Source: Patescibacteria group bacterium (GTDB lineage Bacteria > Patescibacteriota > Microgenomatia > Levybacterales > GWA1-39-11). Taken from it: a stretch of 64,000 nucleotides of DNA. This document shows positions 56,270 through 64,000 of the stretch, piece by piece. The notes under the pieces are model-generated. The model saw only the letters and a list, made by a program, of their open reading frames with translations, was not told the origin of the DNA and did not search any database. The position numbers were made by a program, and so were the translations under genes. The stretch covers positions 2,304 through 66,303 of the forward strand of contig DASZRG010000033.1 in assembly GCA_035549295.1 (NCBI GenBank), read 5' to 3'. Position 1 is the first letter of the stretch. Each line of letters begins with the position of its first letter.

Positions 56270-57076
56270 ATGTTAAATACAAAAGTTAAAAAGAGACCTG
56301 TAACAAAACCAAACTTTGCACTCGCCAATTTACTAATATTTTTCTGCCTAACAATTGCTATAGTTGTCGTCGCAACAACCATCATCTTACCAGTATCTAT
56401 CTTCATGTATGTTGCTTTAGTTACCCACCCACCAGCAGGAAGCACCAATTCTACTCCTGCCGCCTCAAGCGAAACATTGTCATACCGCGATGAAACGCTT
56501 GGAGTAAATTTCAATTATCCAATTGGCCTTGGCCGTGCACATGCAATGGATGATGCTCGCAGCAATCAGAATTGGCATAGAATTGACTTTGATAAAGGAG
56601 GTTTTGAAGCAGGATATACAGAAGTTTCAGCAAGTACATCAAATTATGTGCCAGTTGCCGGCGAAGGCAGTCCACACTACTTCGATGGGAAAATAACAAA
56701 TGATGATTCAATCGATTCTGTAAAAAGCAAACTTGAGGCTGCAGATTTCATTCCAGTAAGCGTTGAAAAAGTAAAAAGCAGAATAAGAACGAAAGCATTT
56801 CGCGTATACGTTGCACACTGCTATGGACCATGCTATCTCGAGCGACTTTACATAGTTCCCATCTACAATTCACAATTTTCTGATGTTGTGATACTTAGCG
56901 TTATAGGTGGAACATATGCAAAACTTCCTTCAAATGACCCGCTTCCAATCGACCAGACAAAACAATTTGCAGAAAGAGACGCAAATGCCATCGATCAAGG
57001 AACAGCGTCAAGTCAGATGCTCGCGATTGCTCGCGGAGAAGACATCATATTTAACTCACTATTATTCATCAAGTAA
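56270..57076 (+). CDS. membrane-anchored secreted protein, distant cassette family member
   Basis: TM helix, Ser/Thr/Pro linker, then LSYRDETLGVNFNYP. Confidence 0.4.
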   Translation: MLNTKVKKRPVTKPNFALANLLIFFCLTIAIVVVATTIILPVSIFMYVALVTHPPAGSTNSTPAASSETLSYRDETLGVNFNYPIGLGRAHAMDDARSNQNWHRIDFDKGGFEAGYTEVSASTSNYVPVAGEGSPHYFDGKITNDDSIDSVKSKLEAADFIPVSVEKVKSRIRTKAFRVYVAHCYGPCYLERLYIVPIYNSQFSDVVILSVIGGTYAKLPSNDPLPIDQTKQFAERDANAIDQGTASSQMLAIARGEDIIFNSLLFIK

Positions 57077-57191
57077 ATCAAACTAGTCAAAATAGTCCAT
57101 AGACTCGATCCAAACTTGCTGCCAAGATCTGATCTTGGCAGGTAAAACTTCTTTCATTGACTAGCTGAATTTTTCCTGAAATAATTTCTCT

Positions 57192-57581
57192 ATGACCCCT
57201 ACGCAAATAGATCGTTCAACTATGATCAAGGCAGTAATAGTCTCATGGATAGCATTTGGAGTAACATTTATTATTTCTCTACCCCTCATGTTATTTTTCA
57301 TGTGGATTTTGATCTGTGGAGATCGGCCATGTCCTCAATCGGCACTTATTGCATATTTGAGTCTGATTCCAATTGCAGTTAGAGCGTTTATTGCAACAGT
57401 AATTGGATTTATTTTTGTAAACAACAAATATAGGGACCGCGTGAGTAAAAAAACTTTTATTCAACTCTTCTTATGGATCTTAATACCATATTTATTGATT
57501 TATCTCATTCTAATACTTGTATTCAAGCAGACTTGGGAACCTCTTTGGTCACTACTAAATATCTTCGGTATAAAAATGTAG
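57192..57581 (+). CDS. membrane protein (129 aa)
   Basis: Three TM helices. Confidence 0.4.
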   Translation: MTPTQIDRSTMIKAVIVSWIAFGVTFIISLPLMLFFMWILICGDRPCPQSALIAYLSLIPIAVRAFIATVIGFIFVNNKYRDRVSKKTFIQLFLWILIPYLLIYLILILVFKQTWEPLWSLLNIFGIKM

Positions 57582-57687
57582 CAACAAGTCCGTTGACTGG
57601 CTGAATTTTTCCGAAATTATCTACTTATGGCTAAAAAGAAAATCGCTCGCAGACTAAATATACTCTAGTCGTGATATAATCTCCCGC

Positions 57688-58281
57688 ATGGCTATAGAAT
57701 CATTACCAACGCCGATTTCTGCGCCAATAAATCCATATCAACATGCATTTGCAGAAGTTGATGAGTTTTGGGACGTTTATGATCATAGAAATCCTACGCA
57801 ATCAGATTCAGAAGTTTCTAAAATACTTTCAAAGAAGTCTGATCTTGCACTCGCATGGATTGCAAACAGCGACTTCAAACCTGCCAGCGGCAAATTGATC
57901 GAAAGGATGAAGAATTCAAAAATTACGCAATTCTCTGCATTAGTGGAAATTGTTTTACCACTCTACTCAAACGCAAAAAGGACAATCGCAGTTGAAGATT
58001 TTAGAGATGACAATCTATTTTGGTCTGCTGTCCGACACTCTGTAAAGATGGCACCTACCGCAAATCAAGAGGATGTTGCACATTCTGTTGCAAGATTTGT
58101 CCAGAATGTAAACCCAATAAACAGAGCTCTCATCGTGGCTATTCTAAGCAAGCGCGGCGACATTGAAGAAGTTCTTGACCGAGCAGAAACCTTACTTGCC
58201 CCAGACGATGACATTGATAGATATTTATCAAAAATAGAAGATGAAGTGACAGCACTTAGGAAAACAGAACACGCGTCCTAA
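57688..58281 (+). CDS. hypothetical protein (197 aa)
   Basis: ORF only. Confidence 0.4.
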   Translation: MAIESLPTPISAPINPYQHAFAEVDEFWDVYDHRNPTQSDSEVSKILSKKSDLALAWIANSDFKPASGKLIERMKNSKITQFSALVEIVLPLYSNAKRTIAVEDFRDDNLFWSAVRHSVKMAPTANQEDVAHSVARFVQNVNPINRALIVAILSKRGDIEEVLDRAETLLAPDDDIDRYLSKIEDEVTALRKTEHAS

Positions 58282-58289
58282 TAATTATC

Positions 58290-58667
58290 TTAGACTTGGG
58301 CGATGAGGAGCTGATTTCCGTCTGGGTCTGCGACACTAAACCATTTGACCCCTGAGCCGGGCCCAAAAAGATCCGTCTTTATTTCTTCAGGCCTTGCGCC
58401 TTTTTCTGACAATTCTTTGTGCGATGCTTCGACACTAGACGCTGTAAAGTACACTTTGAGCGTTCCTGGCTTCATGAGATTTTCATAATTCGTAGTAAGA
58501 GTAATTGTTACACCACCCTCTGGGGGTGTAAGTGATACCCACCAATTATTGTCATCCTGGCGGTAATCTGACTTCACTTGAAGACCTAACTTGTCAACAT
58601 AGAATTCTTTTGCGGCGCCCATGTCTGTTACGCCGACACTGAGCATCATGAATTTGTTTACGATCAT
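58290..58667 (-). CDS. VOC/glyoxalase-like protein
   Basis: MLSVGVTDMGAAKEFYVDKLGL...DPDGNQLLI is a glyoxalase-type beta-alpha-beta-beta-beta module. Confidence 0.7.
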   Translation of the reverse strand: MIVNKFMMLSVGVTDMGAAKEFYVDKLGLQVKSDYRQDDNNWWVSLTPPEGGVTITLTTNYENLMKPGTLKVYFTASSVEASHKELSEKGARPEEIKTDLFGPGSGVKWFSVADPDGNQLLIAQV

Positions 58668-58841
58668 AAAACAATTATACCAGGTTTGATAATCTAGATA
58701 AAAGATTCAGGATAAAGAAAGTAATAAAATAGTTAATAGATAATAGTTAATAGAAATCAGATTTATCGCGAAAATCTCCTCTCATCGAATTATTACGTAT
58801 TTGTATTATTTCTGCACAAATACATATCATAAACTCGATTT

Positions 58842-59903
58842 GTGCTTAGAGAGCCTTTTTCTTATTTACCCTCAAATGAATCACCCTTTACAAGCAGCTT
58901 ACGGAGCGCAACAGTTGCAGAATACGAAGTGGCACGTGATGCGCATCCTGAATATTCAACAGGATTTAATGATCCAAATTTCCTAAAAACTGTTGCGAGG
59001 GCTGAGGGTGGCAGCTTTGAAGTCTTTAAGTGGAATACCTTTGAATCAAAGGGAATTCTTCCAGCTATCGTCGTTAGAAATCATAAAGCTGGAACTGTTA
59101 ACAATGTCCCTATTCGCTATATAGGACCCATTGTCGATGATCCCAAAACACTTCCTACCACCTTAAAATACTTAGGATCCGCGCTGGCAACAAAACTTAT
59201 TTACTTTAACCGAGCATCATTTACACCCGCACTAAATGAGCTCGACCTCCCACAATTCACAGAAAAAGGATTCCAGACTTATGACTTCACAACCTGCGTA
59301 TTACCACTTGATGACTTGAGCCCAGAAGGGCTGCCCATGACGACAAAACCAGACCTGCGACGAAAAATCAGACAAGCAAAAAATGCTGGCCTTATGGTGG
59401 AAGATGCGACTGAGGAAGATATCAAGGTCACACTCCCACGACTTATGAAATATGCCTACAACAGAAGCGGTGAAGAAGTACCTTACGCAGCTAAGCTGCC
59501 TAGCGAACTTTGGAATAGCATGCACGACAAGCCAAATGTCAGGATGGTTGCTGCCAGAATGGGATCTGAGACAATGGCGGTTCTTGTGGCACTTGCCGAT
59601 AAAGATACTATATATAGCATGTGGTATGCACGCTCTTATGATAACCCTGATCTGGATAATTTCGTAATCCTGGAATCGACGATTGGCCATGTAGCTCATG
59701 AGGCTGCCGCGGCGGGCATCACGAAGTATGACCTAGGTGGCGGAACAGCCGGAATAGTCAATTTTAAGCAAAGGATCGGCGCCGAGGTGCAGAATTTCCC
59801 TGTGATCAATTATACGCACCCCTTTGGACAGAAAGTGAAAACCTTAGCTAATTTTGCCAACAAACTGTCATCCCTAAACGCCCACATCCACGGTAGACAA
59901 TAG
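58842..59903 (+). CDS. FemAB/GNAT-like acyl- or aminoacyl-transferase family protein
   Basis: The C-terminal YDLGGG...FKQRIGA resembles FemAB-family peptidyl transferases. Weak call. Confidence 0.35.
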   Translation: MLREPFSYLPSNESPFTSSLRSATVAEYEVARDAHPEYSTGFNDPNFLKTVARAEGGSFEVFKWNTFESKGILPAIVVRNHKAGTVNNVPIRYIGPIVDDPKTLPTTLKYLGSALATKLIYFNRASFTPALNELDLPQFTEKGFQTYDFTTCVLPLDDLSPEGLPMTTKPDLRRKIRQAKNAGLMVEDATEEDIKVTLPRLMKYAYNRSGEEVPYAAKLPSELWNSMHDKPNVRMVAARMGSETMAVLVALADKDTIYSMWYARSYDNPDLDNFVILESTIGHVAHEAAAAGITKYDLGGGTAGIVNFKQRIGAEVQNFPVINYTHPFGQKVKTLANFANKLSSLNAHIHGRQ

Positions 59904-60099
59904 TCAAAATTTAGCCCTATAGTGTTGAAAGAGCTCCCCTTTTTTGGTAGAATAGTCTGACACAAAGACAAACCTGAGCGTATTTGCATGCTCTTCTTTT
60001 GTCTTTTTGCACTTTAAAAATACTTTTTACGGAATATTTGCTCCACTCACTCAGATTGTCCCATATAAGTAGATAAATCATTGTCTATTTGTATGGGAT

Positions 60100-61150
60100 A
60101 ATCTTTGCTTGGTTTGTGCCTAGCGTGACGATTCACGACAAGTTACAGCCTGAAAAGCGGAGCAAAGTTATTTTTCACAAACCGGAGGACCCGTGACAGA
60201 AGCACTTTATCTCTTAGGAGAAGCAACGCCAGATCTCCAAGCGTTCGCACTGTCGAACGACTACGAGCTGACACCCGTCACTCCTGACAACTTCCCAACT
60301 CGCAAGATGATCATCCTGAACTCAGGCGGCATCAAGATGATTTGGGAGAAACTTGAGGCATTTCAGATCGCGGTAGGGCTTCACGCTCTGCGATCGCGCC
60401 CGTTCATCTACCTCATCGGCGCTGGCGAGACGGCCTTTGTCCACCTCATGCCAATTCTGATGAGCCAGTATGTCGCAGGAACTGTCCATGCCTCCGACAT
60501 CTCACTGCTGCCCAAGCTTCTTTGCCCAAGGCAGCTGACTGAGGACTGGGACCTGATTGCCAAGCACGTCAACCTGAAGAAGGAGTACGAGGCCGAACTC
60601 GACGGGAAGCATTACCAACCGCATCCTCTCGATCACTTCGAGATCCCTCCCGAGCAGCGGGCTCACCTGGACGAGTGTCCACTCGTGTGCAAGCCAACGG
60701 CTTACACATACCTGAACGCGCAGCAAAAGAACCGTGAACAACCACATCGTCGACAGGTGGTCATCGCTTTCGCGGACCCCGTCTTCGGCAGCCCGTTCGC
60801 GGCTAACCCGATGAACAGCATCTTCGGGAGCTATGGCGGTTTCGGCATGATGGGTCTCGATCCTCTTACCGATGCTCTCGGCGCATTAATTTTTGGGGCT
60901 GCGGATCCTTGGGGCACTGATCCTGATGCCAGGTTCCGTGGATTCCCATACGGTGACGACCTCGGTCGTCGCCCTGGTGGTGGACCACACCGCTGACAAC
61001 TGACGACTAGCTGATGCGAGAGACCGCTTTCTCTCAAGTCGGCTCGGCCGTCACAAATTCCGTAAGAAGTACGCGCCGCGCGGCGAATATCTTCCTGCTC
61101 AGCAGGATAGGCTTCATGCCGAAAAATATTCGCCGCCGGCGCACTTCTTT
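60100..61150. other. GC-rich island, candidate horizontally acquired segment
   Basis: Base composition shifts abruptly to GC-rich for ~1 kb. The gene inside has a GGAGG Shine-Dalgarno and a GTG start, unlike its neighbours. Confidence 0.6.
60193..60996 (+). CDS. hypothetical protein (267 aa) with a Gly-rich C-terminal tail, inside the GC-rich island
   Basis: GTG start 6 nt after GGAGG. Codon usage is GC-biased. Confidence 0.5.
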   Translation: MTEALYLLGEATPDLQAFALSNDYELTPVTPDNFPTRKMIILNSGGIKMIWEKLEAFQIAVGLHALRSRPFIYLIGAGETAFVHLMPILMSQYVAGTVHASDISLLPKLLCPRQLTEDWDLIAKHVNLKKEYEAELDGKHYQPHPLDHFEIPPEQRAHLDECPLVCKPTAYTYLNAQQKNREQPHRRQVVIAFADPVFGSPFAANPMNSIFGSYGGFGMMGLDPLTDALGALIFGAADPWGTDPDARFRGFPYGDDLGRRPGGGPHR

Positions 61151-61160
61151 AAAAATTCTT

Positions 61161-61553
61161 CTATTTGACAATAATCGTGCCCTTCATTGATGGGTGGACA
61201 CTACAATGATACGTATATGTACCAGCTTTGCTAAACGTTATACTTCCTGACTGACCTTGCGGTAAGACTCCAGTATCCCAACTATTGTCATCCGCAGTTG
61301 CGCTGTGGCCTGTAGAATCCTGGTTGGTCCAAGTAACTTTATCCCCTACTTTGACTGTCAGTGTCTCGGGTCCAAAAGCGAAATTCTTGATAGTAACTGC
61401 GTTTCCACTCGTGGGCGCCTGAGTCGATTCGTTTGTCGTTGTGTTTTGTTGCATATTCATCTCGCTACTTCCCTTTGAATAGCTTTTCATCAGAAAATAC
61501 CCTCCACCAATTACTATTATTAAAACTATTATTACTATTATGATTTTGTTCAT
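61161..61553 (-). CDS. cupredoxin (type-1 blue copper protein, plastocyanin/amicyanin-like)
   Basis: TM anchor. Copper ligands His (TGHSAT), then C-x-x-H-x-x-M (YHCSVHPSMKG). Confidence 0.7.
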   Translation of the reverse strand: MNKIIIVIIVLIIVIGGGYFLMKSYSKGSSEMNMQQNTTTNESTQAPTSGNAVTIKNFAFGPETLTVKVGDKVTWTNQDSTGHSATADDNSWDTGVLPQGQSGSITFSKAGTYTYHCSVHPSMKGTIIVK

Positions 61554-61610
61554 TATTTCACCCCCTTCCGCTTGCTTGTTAATTTCAAAATCTTAAGCTA
61601 CAGTTAAATT

Positions 61611-61988
61611 ATGATACAAAACCAGAAAGCTGTAAATCTGCTCCTTCGAATAAGTATCGCGAGTGTTTTTCTGTATGCTGCTGTCGCCGCGACACTTCAG
61701 CCCCAGAACTGGATCTGGTATATTCCCCAAATTTTAAGAAATATGTTCCCTGGCCCACTACTTCTTCTTAGCTTCTCAGCATATCAGGCGATTTTGAGTA
61801 TTTGGATATTAAGCGGTAAGAAAACGTTTTATGCAGCATCGCTCGCCTGCCTAACATTTATCGGAATCATTGTTGCCAATATAAATTCCATTGATATCCT
61901 TTTCCGCGACCTCACAATCTTCTTCGCCTCACTCGCGCTCGCAGCCGGAGCGTACCCCGCAAAAAATAATGAGGCTGCGAGAAACTAG
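61611..61988 (+). CDS. small membrane protein, possibly DoxX-like
   Basis: LLRISIASVFLYAAV and three to four TM helices. Confidence 0.4.
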   Translation: MIQNQKAVNLLLRISIASVFLYAAVAATLQPQNWIWYIPQILRNMFPGPLLLLSFSAYQAILSIWILSGKKTFYAASLACLTFIGIIVANINSIDILFRDLTIFFASLALAAGAYPAKNNEAARN

Positions 61989-61994
61989 AATTTT

Positions 61995-62064
61995 GGGGTT
62001 GGCATTTGGCGGTTGGCTCTTAGTAAATTAACTAACCCCCAAAAGCTAAGCGCTAACTCCCCAG
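61995..62064. repeat. element B copy (shorter)
   Basis: ggggttggcatttggcggttggctcttagt...ctaacccccaaaagctaagcgctaactcccc. Compare 43692..43780. Confidence 0.6.
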
Positions 62065-62121
62065 ATGATACTAATCGCCATTGACTTTTCTCAGAATTCA
62101 GCATATTCTTAGATCAACAAC

Positions 62122-62880
62122 ATGATCGAATTCATATTTGTTGTAGCTATCATTTTATTCTTTCTCAGTGTTCGCGTCGTACAGGAATATGACCGCGGAG
62201 TTATATTTTTCCTAGGACGATGCACTGGCGTGCGGGGTCCTGGACTCATACTCCTCATACCTATTTTTGAGCGCATGGTAAACGTAAGCCTCAGAACCAT
62301 AACGATGGAAATCCCATCGCAAAAAATCATCACAAAAGATAATGTATCTATAGATATCGCAGCAGTTGCATACTATCACGTAGTTGACCCCAAAAAGTCA
62401 GTTCTTGCGATTCAAAATGTAAATGAGGCAGTCAATCAAATTAGCCAGACAACTGTCCGCAATGTCGTCGGACAATTTGTACTCGACCAACTCCTATCAA
62501 AAACGGCCGACATTAACTCACAAATTAAAAATGTTATCGACGACCACACAGAGCCTTGGGGTGTTCAAGTAACGGCAGTTGAGATAAAAGATATAACTCT
62601 TCCTGACAATATGCAGCGCGCTATGGCAAAAGAAGCTGAGGCGGAACGCGAGCGACGCGCCAAGATAGTTGCAGCAGAAGGAGAATTCCAAGCAGCTGTC
62701 AAGCTCGGCGAGGCAGCCGATCTTATATCAAAGCACCCAGTTGCGCTACAGCTTAGAACGCTTCAAACAATGGCTGAGATATCGACTGAGAAGAACTCAA
62801 CCATCATCTTCCCTGCACAATTTATGACCACAGTGCAGGACGCCATCAAGACCCTGGCGAGCGACAACAAAAATAAATAG
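62122..62880 (+). CDS. SPFH/band-7 (stomatin-like) protein
   Basis: TM helix, then [15 protein letters not shown]...[15 protein letters not shown]...[16 protein letters not shown]. Confidence 0.8.
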   Translation: MIEFIFVVAIILFFLSVRVVQEYDRGVIFFLGRCTGVRGPGLILLIPIFERMVNVSLRTITMEIPSQKIITKDNVSIDIAAVAYYHVVDPKKSVLAIQNVNEAVNQISQTTVRNVVGQFVLDQLLSKTADINSQIKNVIDDHTEPWGVQVTAVEIKDITLPDNMQRAMAKEAEAERERRAKIVAAEGEFQAAVKLGEAADLISKHPVALQLRTLQTMAEISTEKNSTIIFPAQFMTTVQDAIKTLASDNKNK

Positions 62881-62952
62881 TAATTAGCAACTAGATACTA
62901 GAAACTAGTAATTTCCGACTTATAGTTTGATATTTGTGGGTGGTTTTTGGTA

Positions 62953-64000
62953 AAATGCGAGCATGACAGCTGAAAGACCTCTACAAGGTGAAGAATTCAG
63001 ACGAAACGTAGCTTCTGACCCATTTCTTGGTCTCTCGGGAAATCCAGAGCAGCTTGAGATAGATCGTGCATATTTTCACCAGGAAATGAGTCATATCGAA
63101 AATAAAATTCTTGAATACGATTCGTTTACGCCTCATCAAGCGACACTTTTTGGCATGCAACTTCTTGAAGGTGTAATAATCCAATCTGCTATACATGGAA
63201 GATATTTAGCATCTGCTGGGGATCCGATGGGAGCTTTATTGGCAGGAGACGCTGTCTTGTTGATGAGGGAAGAATTTTACCAAGCAAGTCAAGGAAATAA
63301 TTTTGGCTTAAAAAATTTCATAGAAACATACACTAATAATCTTCAATTACCTTCAGATCTTGATCCTTCAAGCATAAATCCTGACGCCATTACTCGAATT
63401 AAGGGTCTCGGAAATAAATATATGCTGATTCATGATGCAATTCCTGACACTGGAGCAGCAGATGACTTGCCTCAGGAACTGGCTTTCTTTAACGGTGGCG
63501 TAATTCGTCCATTCGGTTATGACTATCCAAGAGAGTTTTTTTCTAAGCCTTCCGAATCTTTAGCAGAACTTAGAGTCAAACAAGCAAATATTTTGGTGAA
63601 AGATAATTTACTTGATGATAAGGTTGCAAACCTAGGGGAAGTTAGCGAGGAAGAAGCAATAAGCATTGCACTCGAAGCTTTAGTTATCGAGCAAATTGGT
63701 AACGAGATTATCGCAAGAATGAAATATTGGGAAGGTGATGTGGCTAGTATTGACAGTGCGATGACAGATATTGTGCGAACTGACACTTTTCTACAATTAG
63801 CAAACGAGGGGCAATATATAGGTTTAAGACTTAATTTAGAACAGCGCGCAAGATCCCTAAGAGAATTAGCCGATGCTACAAGTGACCGACCAACTGAAAG
63901 AAGGAAATATTTAAAAGCAATGTTCAAAATAAATGAAATAGGTAATATTGTTCCTGAAACTGGTACACCAATTGATCTTGATAGGATCAAACAGGTTACT
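62953..64000 (+). CDS. hypothetical protein, 3'-truncated by the window end
   Basis: ATG at 62953. The reading frame stays open to position 64000, more than 349 codons. It is absent from the track because it has no stop. Confidence 0.45.

Noticed and set aside
63523-63990. 155-aa minus-strand ORF (and 62981..63196) from the provided track
   Set aside because: Both lie entirely inside a plus-strand frame that stays open from the ATG at 62953 to the window end. Their products are Ser/Leu-rich low complexity, typical of antisense shadow ORFs.
1-64000. Alternative genetic code (UGA as Gly, code 25), as in some low-GC candidate-phyla lineages
   Set aside because: Conserved genes (dprA, argS, PBP2, era, glgA) read through uninterrupted in the standard code. 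TGA is used as a stop at verified gene ends such as 10836-10838 and 25952-25954.

Overview
The window is AT-rich with small genes. Long ORFs read cleanly in the standard code and TGA is used as a stop, which argues against a recoded UGA. Many genes lack a Shine-Dalgarno sequence and sit 8-10 nt behind a TGnTATAAT box. The gene content resembles a reduced CPR/Patescibacteria-like genome; that placement is inference.

Housekeeping genes recognised from motifs:
- dprA
- mreC-mreD-PBP2
- argS, ndk
- secE-nusG-rplK-rplA
- era
- glgA and an alpha-glucan phosphorylase
- galU and a GalT-like gene
- an M16 peptidase

Envelope and secretion genes:
- a sortase
- a DsbA/DsbB-like pair
- a protein with a Tat-type signal
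- a GT83-like membrane glycosyltransferase
- a TMEM175/DUF1211 channel homologue
- an SPFH protein and a cupredoxin

Three tRNAs are present: Arg-CCT and Pro-CGG in tandem, and Trp-CCA on the minus strand.

The most unusual content:
1. A four-gene tandem cassette array at 11217-16293 encodes membrane-anchored proteins. They are built from repeated PsbP-like modules of about 150 aa. Each module opens with WKTYTN-x-x-[FY]G[FY]S[FI]KYP and closes with ILSTFKFT[KN]. Every gene ends exactly on that motif, and the gene junctions are duplicated. Two more members lie at 55523-57076.
2. A REP-associated tyrosine transposase (RAYT) at 25274-25954 is flanked on both sides by identical ~70-bp REP doublets. 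A third, orphan doublet sits at 31827-31895.
3. Several families of short palindromic or MITE-like repeats are scattered through intergenic DNA. Two of them are embedded in frame inside the dprA coding sequence.
4. A ~1-kb GC-rich island at ~60100-61150 carries a GGAGG-GTG gene, in contrast to the Shine-Dalgarno-poor host genes. It looks like a recent foreign acquisition.
5. A TrpR/YerC-like regulator is bracketed by three copies of a perfect 16-bp palindrome.

No rRNA and no CRISPR array were found.
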